In this document: positions 38,120-47,071 of the stretch, one piece after another
Layout: each line of letters begins with the position of its first letter
How positions within the stretch are numbered: position 1 is the first letter of the stretch
DNA from: a virus
Length of the DNA stretch: 64,000 nucleotides
IMG/VR virus record: IMGVR_UViG_3300046820_000495
Coordinates: 11,203-75,202 of that record
Direction: 5' to 3' (one strand)
Notes under the pieces: generated by a model
The model's input: only the letters and a program-made list of their open reading frames with translations
Database searches by the model: none
Told to the model about the DNA's origin: nothing
Made by a program: the position numbers and the translations under genes

Positions 38120-38716
38120 TTAGGTCAATAATTCTTTTCCTATATCATGCCAGTTATTAAACTTGCGTACAGATATATCAGAAAAGTTAACGTTCCAGGG
38201 TTGATTGATCATGTAGGTTGCGTGTCCTGCTTGAGCACTTGCCCTTGCTACGCTTTCAATTGAAGTCACACATACTGCATCATCATGTTCTATTAACATA
38301 GGATACAAATTAGCATTACGTGGCACAACATATAGTTCTTTTATTATGCCAGGGAATAATAACTCTAGGTTAGCACGTCTTAGAATTGCACGATGCATAT
38401 CTTTGCTGGCTCTGCTGTAGCCTACCACTGTCCAGCCATTCATCGGAAAATGTTTTAGTACGTGCTCTGCGCCTAGCAATGGAAACAAGGCGCCCCATTG
38501 CCACGAGTGTTCACAAAACTCCCTCATCCAAAGATCAGCCAAGTCATCTGGTATGTTTAACCAGTGTCCCAAATGTTCTCTGTTGGAAATTTTGTTGCCT
38601 TCGACCCCTTTAAGTCTATCAAGTGTGCTTAGCCACTTGACAAAACCTGTAAGTGTATCTATGCAAGTATCATCTAAATCAATGATTAACTTGCGGGTGT
38701 CATCCGGCAAGCTCAA
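38120..38716 (-). CDS. HAD-like 5'(3')-nucleotidase (divergent)
   Basis: IIDLDDT motif I; QPWN. Confidence 0.6.
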   Translation of the reverse strand: MSLPDDTRKLIIDLDDTCIDTLTGFVKWLSTLDRLKGVEGNKISNREHLGHWLNIPDDLADLWMREFCEHSWQWGALFPLLGAEHVLKHFPMNGWTVVGYSRASKDMHRAILRRANLELLFPGIIKELYVVPRNANLYPMLIEHDDAVCVTSIESVARASAQAGHATYMINQPWNVNFSDISVRKFNNWHDIGKELLT

Positions 38717-39011
38717 CGCTTACCCCCAATGGGTGCCCATTAGTGCGAGCAATTTGTGTAGACTCCATTGCTTTTTGTTCAGCAACTTCATATGTGTAAA
38801 TGCCGGCTGTACCTTTACCATTTTCATGTACTTGTAACATGACCTGTACTGCGGCTTCTTGAGTGTGATGGAAAATAACTTTTAACAATTCAATAACAAA
38901 TTCCATCGGTGTGCTATTGTCGTTTAAGATAACCACACGGTAACGCTCGGGCTCTTTTACGCCTGTAATATTTTCTGTTATAGTAGCTGTATCAACTGAT
39001 GATTGTGACAT
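38700..39011 (-). CDS. clpS: Clp protease adaptor ClpS
   Basis: YRVVILNDNSTPMEFV...MLQVHENG...YEVAEQK...GHPL. Confidence 0.93.
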   Translation of the reverse strand: MSQSSVDTATITENITGVKEPERYRVVILNDNSTPMEFVIELLKVIFHHTQEAAVQVMLQVHENGKGTAGIYTYEVAEQKAMESTQIARTNGHPLGVSVELAG

Positions 39012-39040
39012 AATGTTTCCGTGTTAACTTTGATATTTAG

Positions 39041-39068
39041 CTTGGGTAAGCTTTTACACTTACCCAAG
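39041..39068 (-). terminator. Hairpin after the sHSP gene, immediately followed by a TAAATA promoter for clpS
   Basis: CTTGGGTAAG...CTTACCCAAG inverted repeat; TAAATA at 39034-39039. Confidence 0.55.
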
Positions 39069-39079
39069 GACTAGGTTTA

Positions 39080-39505
39080 TTATTCCTTAATTAGAGGAAT
39101 CTTTTTAGGTTTGTTTTCCTCTGGAACAATTTGCTCCAAATCAATTACTAGCATACCATCTTTGAGGCTTGCTGTTTTAATCTCAACATGTTCGCCAAGC
39201 ACAAATTCGCGCTTGAAACTGCGAGTAGCAATACCACGATGTAGATAGTTTGTAGTATCTTCTTCTTTCTTTTCCCCTACGACAACAAGAGCATTTTCTT
39301 GATGTGTAACTTCAATATCCTTTTCTGTAAAGCCAGCCACCGCCATGGTAATGCGGTAATGGTTTTCAGAGGGCTTCTCTAAGTTAAATGGGGGATAGCC
39401 ACCGTTGCTAGGACTGCTGACATTCATTAAACGATCCAAGTCGTTAAACAAACGATCAAAGCCAACACCAAATCGATGGTATGGTAAAGTTAGATTATTA
39501 GACAT
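39080..39505 (-). CDS. Small heat shock protein (IbpA/Hsp20)
   Basis: GFDRLF, YPPFN, AVAGF, YLHRGIA.RSF, DGMLVI, PEENKPKKI. Confidence 0.93.
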   Translation of the reverse strand: MSNNLTLPYHRFGVGFDRLFNDLDRLMNVSSPSNGGYPPFNLEKPSENHYRITMAVAGFTEKDIEVTHQENALVVVGEKKEEDTTNYLHRGIATRSFKREFVLGEHVEIKTASLKDGMLVIDLEQIVPEENKPKKIPLIKE

Positions 39506-39586
39506 AATATAGTCTCCTTAAAGCGAGTCTAAATTGTGATCTCATCTCGAGCATCACATTGTGAACTAGTCCTATTGGCACTAGTA
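39506..39586 (-). promoter_or_regulatory. ROSE-like RNA thermometer in the sHSP 5' UTR
   Basis: Three hairpins; the last pairs CUCGCU with SD AGGAG (UAGACUCGCU-UUA-AGGAGACUA). Confidence 0.65.
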
Positions 39587-39592
39587 TACACA

Positions 39593-39621
39593 ATTATATT
39601 TATATTCAATCAGAATGTCAA
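39593..39621 (-). promoter_or_regulatory. Overlapping sigma70 and T4-late-type promoters
   Basis: TTGACA-17-TATAAT with TATAAATA overlapping the -10. Confidence 0.8.
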
Positions 39622-39623
39622 TT

Positions 39624-39890
39624 TTAATATAACCGTTTACGCTGACCTTCGCGACTGGGTCTTCGACCGGCAACTTCATCTTCTTCTACTTTTTTGAGCC
39701 AACGTCTACGGGCTTTGTTTTCTTTGACCAAACGCTCAACGCAGGGTTTTACATATTCCATACGTTCACGTACTTCTTCTAACTTGCCACTGTCTTGTAT
39801 CTTATTTTTAAACTTTCTTAGGGCTTTTTCTACATTGCCGTCTTTAACGGAAACGGCGGTGCCCTTAAGTTTCTTTTGGGTTTCTCTCAT
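39624..39890 (-). CDS. rpsU: Ribosomal protein bS21
   Basis: [16 protein letters not shown]...[16 protein letters not shown]...R. Confidence 0.88.
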   Translation of the reverse strand: MRETQKKLKGTAVSVKDGNVEKALRKFKNKIQDSGKLEEVRERMEYVKPCVERLVKENKARRRWLKKVEEDEVAGRRPSREGQRKRLY

Positions 39891-41110
39891 GCGACTATTT
39901 CTAAATTTTTGTAAATTGTGACGGGCTTATGGTCTTCCACGGCCTGTTCAGTAATTATAACTTTACTTAATCCTTCACGGGCCAATTCAGGTAGATTAAA
40001 CTGTATATCTAACAAAATATGCTCAATAATGCTTCTAAGTCCGCGAGCACCCGTCTTCTTAGTTATGCTCAGGTTTGCAATAGCAATTCGTGCTTCCGTT
40101 GTAAATTCCAACTCAACACCATCCATTGCAAAAACGGCACAATACTCTTTTTCAATGCTGTCTTCTGGTTCAGTTAGGATTCTAACCAGGCTATCTGCGT
40201 CCAGCGTTTCTAGTGCAGAGATAACTGGAATACGTCCCATGAACTCAGGAATCATACCAAACTTGACAAAGTCTTCTGGTTCTACTTCTGCTAACCAACG
40301 ATCAGTACTGATTTCAGCTGTGCCTACTTCGGCACCAAAGCCAATCCGAGTACCGCCGGTCATGCGCTTCTTAACTTGTTCATCTAAGCCAACAAAGGCA
40401 CCGCCCAAAATAAACAAGATGTTCTTGGTGTTTACTGTGTTTGCATCTTGCCCTGGATGCTTACGCCCACCATTGACAGGCACACGACACTCAGTGCCTT
40501 CAATTAGTTTGAGCAGGGCCTGTTGTACACCTTCTCCTGACACGTCACGAGTGATACTTGCGCTTTCACTCTTGCGACCTTTCTTATCGATCTCATCAAT
40601 GTAGATGATACCAGTCTCTGCACGTTTGATATCACCATCAGCACTTTGTACCAGTCGGTGTATAACGCTTTCAACGTCATCACCTACATAGCCTGACTCA
40701 GTTAATGTAGTAGCATCAGCAACTGCAAAAGGCACGTTGAGTTTTTCTGCCAGCTTCTTGGCCAACAAAGTTTTACCACTTCCAGTAGGACCAATCAATA
40801 GCACGTTGCTTTTCTTAATAAGGTCTGCTGTACTTTGCCCCAGACGTTTGTAGTGATTGCGAACAGCAACACTTAGACTACGCTTGGCCAAGTCTTGTCC
40901 AATGACAAATCTATCCAAGTAAGATTTGATTTCACTTGGTGTACTAGACCCAGTAAACGTGGTAGGTGCTTTTTCTTCTGATAGTGCTTCCAGGCACAAA
41001 TGAATACACTCGTTGCAGATATATGCTTTGTCTCCAGCAATGAGTGCTGTGACTTCATCTCTGTGTTTATTGCAGAAGCTACACTTTAAATTTTGTACTT
41101 TATCCACCAA
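39887..41110 (-). CDS. clpX: ATP-dependent Clp protease ATPase ClpX
   Basis: C4 zinc domain, [36 protein letters not shown] and IGF loops, TGARGLRS. Confidence 0.96.
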   Translation of the reverse strand: MVDKVQNLKCSFCNKHRDEVTALIAGDKAYICNECIHLCLEALSEEKAPTTFTGSSTPSEIKSYLDRFVIGQDLAKRSLSVAVRNHYKRLGQSTADLIKKSNVLLIGPTGSGKTLLAKKLAEKLNVPFAVADATTLTESGYVGDDVESVIHRLVQSADGDIKRAETGIIYIDEIDKKGRKSESASITRDVSGEGVQQALLKLIEGTECRVPVNGGRKHPGQDANTVNTKNILFILGGAFVGLDEQVKKRMTGGTRIGFGAEVGTAEISTDRWLAEVEPEDFVKFGMIPEFMGRIPVISALETLDADSLVRILTEPEDSIEKEYCAVFAMDGVELEFTTEARIAIANLSITKKTGARGLRSIIEHILLDIQFNLPELAREGLSKVIITEQAVEDHKPVTIYKNLEIVA

Positions 41111-41525
41111 GTGCTAACTCCAGAATTCTCAATAGCTCATCTGTATCTTCGTAGCTTGGAATGCCAACAGCATTAAGCAAGGATACAAACTCATCGCTAC
41201 CAGGGCGTGTATTAAAAATAACTGGTTGGTCAACTTTGGTCATTGCCATGGCCATTCTTATTTCATGTTCACTACAGCTGGCCATGTCACAAATAACAAT
41301 GTCACAGTTATCAACTACATGCCAATACCATACCCATGCTTTTGGATCTTTAACTCCGCTTTCGTTTGTATAGAAAGTAAGTTGATTCTGCTGTATATTC
41401 TTTTCAACAGTTGATATAATTGTGTCTTGCCAGTCTTTGTTATTACTGATTAAACAAAATGCCAGGCCACCTCCGGGCATATAAAGTGTAGGTGGACTAA
41501 CAACATAAACATTGGAATCGGTCAA
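41100..41525 (-). CDS. Hypothetical protein
   Basis: 141 aa ORF in operon. Confidence 0.65.
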   Translation of the reverse strand: MTDSNVYVVSPPTLYMPGGGLAFCLISNNKDWQDTIISTVEKNIQQNQLTFYTNESGVKDPKAWVWYWHVVDNCDIVICDMASCSEHEIRMAMAMTKVDQPVIFNTRPGSDEFVSLLNAVGIPSYEDTDELLRILELALGG

Positions 41526-41534
41526 AATAATCCT

Positions 41535-42854
41535 TTAGACATCGTCACGTTTTGGAAATACAGACTGGAACCAACCACGACTGCGCTTCTGTTTAAGCAG
41601 ATCATCTTTGTTTGCTTTAACTATTTTATCAGTAACAACTTCTGGTTGTTGCTCAGAAACTGCCCATGCCTCACCGGGTGTGCCAGGTGGTGCAAAGTCT
41701 AATTTTTTACCAGCTTCTAGTTGTGCTATATCTGCTTCACTTAGTTCATTGAACGTTGGTGTAATTAGTGTGCCATTGGGATTGTAAACACCTGCATCGA
41801 CAGCTTCTTTAAATGCTGGCTCGGTGGTAATGTCAGCCAATTCTTTGCCAATGACTTTTTCTTTGGCCAGGCGTTTAGCCTCAGCTAGTTCATCAACTTC
41901 TACATCTGTTTTAGGATAAACTGGATCTAGATTGCTTGCAATGCTTTCATTGTGGGAATTAAGTTCTTCATACTCAGCTAGGAATTTAAAGTCTTCAACT
42001 GGTGGTGTTTGTGTGACAGTGGGTTGCTCAGTTTCCTGAATCCTTACTGGGCTGTCACCCTCCGCTTCTTCATCTTGTTTACGGAACCATTGGAAGCTGT
42101 ATTGGCTTGCCAACAGCAAGATAACTGCCAAGGGGTCAAATACACTAACAATAATAATGATTACCCATGTAACTGCTTTTTCTAATACATTGGCATCTGG
42201 GTTGTCACCATAGATAAATGCCGCAATGTATTTGACAGGGCCTACTTCAGCTTCTACTTTACGTACTTCTGCGGCAATGGGCGCCCGTGCCTCATTGAGT
42301 ACTGCGATTTTCTTTTGAGCTTCTGCAATGTCTGTAAGGAGGCGAGCACGTTCTTTCTGCTGGGCTCGGCGTATGGCAACTGCTTTGTCCGCCCCCTTTT
42401 CATCTTGACTGCGACCCATAACTTGATCCACAGCCTCATCCATTTGTTTGAGAGCCTTGCGACTAGCATCTATATTTTCCCGTTCAGTTTTAATTTTTTC
42501 ATCGTAGACAGCAATCTTTGCTAGTACATCACCTGACACCAAGCCAGCATCACTGTGTGCTTTGCTTAAGAAGCCAAAGATACCCATACTGGTGATTATC
42601 ATTAAGATAGCCACTGCAATAGTCATATATGTTTTTATAAAGAAAGGAGCACGACTCCAGTTCTGCTTTAGCCATACTGTGGCTATCAGTTTACTGACTT
42701 CAAGTGCCACACCCATAACAATAATGGGTACAACTGCGGCGGCGAAAATGCTTACTAGGCCTGCTACCGAATAGTATACGGCCACAGCTGATATGCTTAG
42801 GCCGCTGATTAGTGCCAAGTAGGCAACTATTTTGTCTGTGCGTGTGATTTTCAT
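41535..42854 (-). CDS. Multi-pass membrane protein with coiled coil
   Basis: Three N-terminal TMs, coiled coil, VFDPLAV TM, acidic tail. Confidence 0.75.
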   Translation of the reverse strand: MKITRTDKIVAYLALISGLSISAVAVYYSVAGLVSIFAAAVVPIIVMGVALEVSKLIATVWLKQNWSRAPFFIKTYMTIAVAILMIITSMGIFGFLSKAHSDAGLVSGDVLAKIAVYDEKIKTERENIDASRKALKQMDEAVDQVMGRSQDEKGADKAVAIRRAQQKERARLLTDIAEAQKKIAVLNEARAPIAAEVRKVEAEVGPVKYIAAFIYGDNPDANVLEKAVTWVIIIIVSVFDPLAVILLLASQYSFQWFRKQDEEAEGDSPVRIQETEQPTVTQTPPVEDFKFLAEYEELNSHNESIASNLDPVYPKTDVEVDELAEAKRLAKEKVIGKELADITTEPAFKEAVDAGVYNPNGTLITPTFNELSEADIAQLEAGKKLDFAPPGTPGEAWAVSEQQPEVVTDKIVKANKDDLLKQKRSRGWFQSVFPKRDDV

Positions 42855-42855
42855 T

Positions 42856-43578
42856 TTATACGTGTGTCCTTGCTGGGAAGCAATGTGGTAGATCGTTAAA
42901 CAAAGTCCAATACTTTACCATATTGCCATCTTTGTCAAGATCAAATGTGTCGTTCTTGGCTTGTACGTTGGGTACCTTGCCAAATGCATTTGGGAATTTT
43001 TCCCACATGCGTTCATAGTAGTTGCGTGGCATAACATCAATGATCAAGTGTGTTCTCCATGTTGTGCCGTAGTTAACTGCTGTGTGTGGAATCTTGTTAT
43101 TAAGTTCCCACAACTCACCGGGTTCGATATGATCACGAACTCCGCCGTTTTCTAAGTCATAGCTGACATGATACAAATAGCAATCTGGATTGGTTTCTAG
43201 TGCTATGTTGTAACGTCTACTGTAACGCTGTGTAAAACGTGTATCAGTGTGCATAATGGTATCGCCACCTGGTTGCATGTATGCAATGTCAGCTTGACAT
43301 AACACTGGATCAGCAATGCCAGTTATCTTCATAAGATAATTAATAGGCTGGCGGAACGCACACATGATATCAATTTGCGATTTGGTAATAGGTCCAGTGA
43401 TATCATAAAAGCCTGCAATACGCTCTGGGCTATTAGGCAAATACATCAGGTAAGTGTCATCACCTTTACGCTTGTCAGAGTCAGACCATTTATATGCCTT
43501 AAGCAAGGCATTTGCTTTGTCAAAAATTTTAGGGTCAAATACAGCCACCTTACGTGCTGTCATTCCTGGTTCGTACAT
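42856..43578 (-). CDS. AspH-like 2OG-Fe(II) oxygenase
   Basis: MHTD...WELNNKIPHTAVN...RTHLIID. Confidence 0.8.
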   Translation of the reverse strand: MYEPGMTARKVAVFDPKIFDKANALLKAYKWSDSDKRKGDDTYLMYLPNSPERIAGFYDITGPITKSQIDIMCAFRQPINYLMKITGIADPVLCQADIAYMQPGGDTIMHTDTRFTQRYSRRYNIALETNPDCYLYHVSYDLENGGVRDHIEPGELWELNNKIPHTAVNYGTTWRTHLIIDVMPRNYYERMWEKFPNAFGKVPNVQAKNDTFDLDKDGNMVKYWTLFNDLPHCFPARTHV

Positions 43579-43923
43579 TTAATCATCCTCATCATCATCA
43601 GGTACTTGGAAGCTGGTTGCTAATCCTTGCTCCACTAATGCTTCATTTATATTTAATGTTGGCTCACCGGATTCGTTTGCAATGTATGCCCAGCCAAGAA
43701 CGCGACCCAACTTAGAACGCTTGGTTATAATGGGTTCTACAATTAGACCATCCTTGCATAGCTCTGAAAGCACAATACGGACATCACTGTCTTTACCGCA
43801 CGAAGCTACTCCAAACAATCTAATCTTCTGGCGTGTGTACACATTAAAGCCAAGATCTAGTTCTACTTCTAAGGTATCAGTACCACGCACTTCTAGTATT
43901 TTGGCTGGGTATAATCTTCTCAT
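43579..43923 (-). CDS. SNase/thermonuclease-like protein (degenerate)
   Basis: GTDTLEVELDLGF...IRLFGV...KLGRVLG...NEALVEQGLA. Confidence 0.7.
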   Translation of the reverse strand: MRRLYPAKILEVRGTDTLEVELDLGFNVYTRQKIRLFGVASCGKDSDVRIVLSELCKDGLIVEPIITKRSKLGRVLGWAYIANESGEPTLNINEALVEQGLATSFQVPDDDEDD

Positions 43924-44594
43924 TTTTCTTCTTTTGGTTTTACTCTATAAAAAACATGGTTACCAATTTGCTGTACGGAATCTTTGACTCGCTTCCAAGT
44001 TGGTTTCCAGTCTATGTATGTAGCATGAAAGTGTGTGGCTCCGCGAGTCGGATCCTCTACCTTGTCTGATTCGTTGATTGTTACAAGTGCAACGCCTACT
44101 GCTTGATACCAATGGAATCCAGCAGGCTGTGTGCCGGGATGATTGCAGGTCCAAGAAAATTGGCAACCTTGTTTAACTACACCGCAAACAGTCTTGGCAT
44201 AACCTTCTTCAAGGCGATTAAGTGTTACTTTGGCCACTGCTACCTGACCTTGTAGGCTTTCGCCACGACTTTCGTAGTAAACATTTTCTGCTAGACAACG
44301 AACTTGCTTGTCTACAACTGCTTGACGGATACCACCGGCATTTTCTACGCTACTACGCATAAGCCTACGAACACGCTGTTCCCATGTTTCATTTTCATAA
44401 GAATGTATTTGGTTATCAAACCATTCCTGAAACGTGGTTAGGCTGTTGTTTTTTGCCTTAGGATCTGGGCTGTACTGACCAGCTACTGCTGTGACAACCA
44501 CTAATAATGTTAAAGCCAATAAGATGACTTTAGATAGCAAACGTTCTACCGCTTGCTTTGACATGCCCGAGAAAAACTTAGGGGTCATGTGCAT
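43920..44594 (-). CDS. SleB-like cell wall hydrolase (Hydrolase_2)
   Basis: TM anchor; CLAENVYYESRGE, QFSW, GATHFHATY, IGNHVFY. Confidence 0.9.
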   Translation of the reverse strand: MHMTPKFFSGMSKQAVERLLSKVILLALTLLVVVTAVAGQYSPDPKAKNNSLTTFQEWFDNQIHSYENETWEQRVRRLMRSSVENAGGIRQAVVDKQVRCLAENVYYESRGESLQGQVAVAKVTLNRLEEGYAKTVCGVVKQGCQFSWTCNHPGTQPAGFHWYQAVGVALVTINESDKVEDPTRGATHFHATYIDWKPTWKRVKDSVQQIGNHVFYRVKPKEEK

Positions 44595-44626
44595 GTTACA
44601 CCTCCTTTCATTAGGATTACCTCCAG

Positions 44627-45145
44627 TCAGGTCTTTGACGATAAGATATCATCTAAAACTTCACCTGGGCTCTGATATCCATGATCAACCTGGGTGTAGG
44701 TTATATCATGCTTGGCCAAGAGCACCGCAATCCGCCGATCGACCTCAATGCTAGCATCAAGGTTATGCACACGGCCGCGATCATCGAACCACGGGCCGCG
44801 CCCTAGAAATGCCACAACATTGTCGTAACGCTTCCAGAGTTCTACTACTACCTGTTCCCACTCTGCAGGATAATCCTCCGGAGCATAGATAGCACTCAAT
44901 AAAAAGGGACTGTCAGTTATAATATAATCAACTTGTCCTACTAACCTATGTATTCGTTGTACTTGACGACCAAATACATAAGCCTGATTTTCCAGCGCAC
45001 AATGTCTACCTTCCCAGACTAGGTCTTTGGCAACTTCCGTTACCAACTCTACATTCCACCCTCGGCGTTTTGCTTCGTGATATAAGCCTGACGCTAGAGT
45101 GCTTTTACCTGCTCCTGGGCCAGCAATGACATTAATTACTTTCAT
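44627..45145 (-). CDS. P-loop NTPase/kinase (AAA_28/NadR-like), leaderless
   Basis: GPGAGKST, ITDSP; promoter TTGACT-17-TACAAT (45152-45180) 6 nt before the second ATG. Confidence 0.8.
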   Translation of the reverse strand: MKVINVIAGPGAGKSTLASGLYHEAKRRGWNVELVTEVAKDLVWEGRHCALENQAYVFGRQVQRIHRLVGQVDYIITDSPFLLSAIYAPEDYPAEWEQVVVELWKRYDNVVAFLGRGPWFDDRGRVHNLDASIEVDRRIAVLLAKHDITYTQVDHGYQSPGEVLDDILSSKT

Positions 45146-45181
45146 CATGTTATTGTAGCATTTTACTTATTATTAGTCAAG

Positions 45182-45207
45182 AAAACAGGGCAACCAATGT
45201 GCCCTGT
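45182..45207 (-). terminator. Rho-independent terminator
   Basis: ACAGGGCA...TGCCCTGT followed by TTTT on the minus strand. Confidence 0.65.
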
Positions 45208-45278
45208 CTAGCGATACCGTATGAGGCGATTTTTATTTTTAGTACGAAATAATGTCTGTTAAAGCTAGTGTTATTGGA

Positions 45279-45995
45279 CTAACTGGGTAGGTTCTGTACC
45301 CAGTTAATGACATCAGTGTATGCATTGAGGCAAACACTTCCGTGGTCATCATTGGTCACAATCCACGAGCTGTAAGCAGTCTTTGGTACTGGATCGTAGA
45401 TAAATTCTTTGGTAATGGCCTGTGTGGTATCATTGGATCCACTGACCATTATCACATTCAATTGTCTAGTGATTCGTCTTACATTGGTTGCCATGTTGGC
45501 ATTGCCTTCTGGATCAAAGTAACTAAGGTAGCAACTGGGACGGGCCTGGAGTGCCAGGATATCAATGGCACTCCAGTCTACAAACTCAGTGACATCATCA
45601 TTGCCTTCTGCTGTCAGACGTTTGGCCTTGGCCACTGACCATTTGACCACGTACTGCATTCTGGGATGGTGAATGTTATGTGCGCCAGCTAGGCCAATGA
45701 TACTGTCAAAGTCGCTGTTGCGTATAGCATAGTAAAAGGAAATACTAACGCCCATACTATGGCCAACCAAGTGTATTTTTGTTGCACCACCGGCACGTAG
45801 ACGTTGAATACCTGCACGTAATTCAGCTTCAGTTTCTTCAAATTTACTATGGTATAATGAGTTGATGCCCCAAGAATATGCTTGGTAATCTACCAGCAAC
45901 CCATCTTCAATCATTTTGTTTGCCAATGGGGTAATTGAGCAACTGGGGTTGTTAGGGCCAGAACCCTTGCCGTGTAGTATTAAAAAGCCATCCAT
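45279..45995 (-). CDS. Alpha/beta hydrolase
   Basis: LILHG, GHSMG, GSND, C-terminal His. Confidence 0.82.
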   Translation of the reverse strand: MDGFLILHGKGSGPNNPSCSITPLANKMIEDGLLVDYQAYSWGINSLYHSKFEETEAELRAGIQRLRAGGATKIHLVGHSMGVSISFYYAIRNSDFDSIIGLAGAHNIHHPRMQYVVKWSVAKAKRLTAEGNDDVTEFVDWSAIDILALQARPSCYLSYFDPEGNANMATNVRRITRQLNVIMVSGSNDTTQAITKEFIYDPVPKTAYSSWIVTNDDHGSVCLNAYTDVINWVQNLPS

Positions 45996-46103
45996 GCAGT
46001 ATATAACTCATTTAGATCATGGGCTTTTGCCAAATATACTTGTGTACTAATTCAAAATCATCACTGACGTCTGGAAAATATACTTGCTCAAACTTATGAG
46101 AAA

Positions 46104-46182
46104 TGGTGGGCCGTCTTGGAGTCGAACCAAGCACCAATGGATTATGAGTCCACTGCTCTAACCAAGCATGAGCTAACGGCCC
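46104..46182 (-). tRNA. tRNA with CAU anticodon, most likely tRNA-Ile2 (lysidine)
   Basis: Cloverleaf GGGCCGT...CTCATAA...TTCGACT...ACGGCCCACCA; G1-C72, C4-G69, C5-G68; encoded CCA; promoter TTGACA-17-TACAAT at 46192-46220. Confidence 0.88.
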
Positions 46183-46223
46183 TATACACGTATTGTACTG
46201 TAGTAAAGCCGCGCTGTCAATGA

Positions 46224-47045
46224 TTATTCTGCGTTCTTACCACACTTGGCACGTTTGGCATTGGTTAGGGCACCAAAGTCCACTGGCCATTCTGAACCTA
46301 CAGCTACTTCTTTAGCGCCAGCTGGGTATTCATAACTGACACCAGCTTCCTTTTGTATCTGTGCTATGTTTACACGGAACTTGGTCAAGTCATTGCCCAG
46401 GTTAACATAAGGCCTGGTATGCGGGAATCTCCAACCTGCTATTTCTTTTGTAGCATTATTGATTACAATTTTATAATACCCATGTGGTACAATAACTCGA
46501 CCTGCACCAATTGTCTCATTACCAGCACCATACATAGCGCCAACGTATATGGTAAAAGCCTGGTTGCGTTGGACTGTCCAACCTCTTATAGATGTCTCTA
46601 ACAACTTCCATATTCCCCGATTTAAAGAGCCGTGTTGAGGATACATGTTTGTCATTAAAAAACTTTCGTACTCCACAATGGCTGACCATGATAAATCACC
46701 GTCTGGGGCCGCATGTCCTTTGTCATAGCCTGTGCCAGCGTAGTCATCTGGCTTGGCACCTGTGCCGCCCAAACTTTGATCAGCAACAAAGGCATTGGTG
46801 CGTGGGAAGCATCCTAATGCGTTGGGCGGTGTTAGTGTATAACTTACATACGCAGGAATCTTAACAGGAGCGTCATACGCTACTAGATAAGCTTCACGGC
46901 AAATTGGTTTGACGTCGCGCTTGGTATCGGCGAAGCCGTAGGGTGCATGAACTTTACAAGCGGCCAAGGGCAATGGCGGTCGTTGTTCCCATGCATGTGA
47001 TAGGTTAGCAAAAAGTGCAAATGCTAATACTACTAGGTGTTTCAT
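46224..47045 (-). CDS. DNA/RNA non-specific endonuclease with signal peptide
   Basis: Sec-type signal; YDKGH, SFLMTNMYPQ, LNRGIW..LE. Confidence 0.9.
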   Translation of the reverse strand: MKHLVVLAFALFANLSHAWEQRPPLPLAACKVHAPYGFADTKRDVKPICREAYLVAYDAPVKIPAYVSYTLTPPNALGCFPRTNAFVADQSLGGTGAKPDDYAGTGYDKGHAAPDGDLSWSAIVEYESFLMTNMYPQHGSLNRGIWKLLETSIRGWTVQRNQAFTIYVGAMYGAGNETIGAGRVIVPHGYYKIVINNATKEIAGWRFPHTRPYVNLGNDLTKFRVNIAQIQKEAGVSYEYPAGAKEVAVGSEWPVDFGALTNAKRAKCGKNAE

Positions 47046-47071
47046 TTGAGTATCCTTTAAAACAATACTTA

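Noticed and set aside
39918-40604. 228-aa plus-strand ORF, and similar long antisense ORFs at 11386, 15680 and 56475
   Set aside because: They lie opposite well-supported genes, have no SD or motifs, and are expected from codon bias.
45208-45278. Non-coding gap after the alpha/beta hydrolase as a possible sRNA
   Set aside because: Apart from the terminator hairpin there is no convincing structure or promoter.
46023-46087. Direct repeat AAATATACTTG (two copies) downstream of the tRNA
   Set aside because: Only 11 bp, AT-rich and not part of the tRNA 3' end, so there is no support for an att site.
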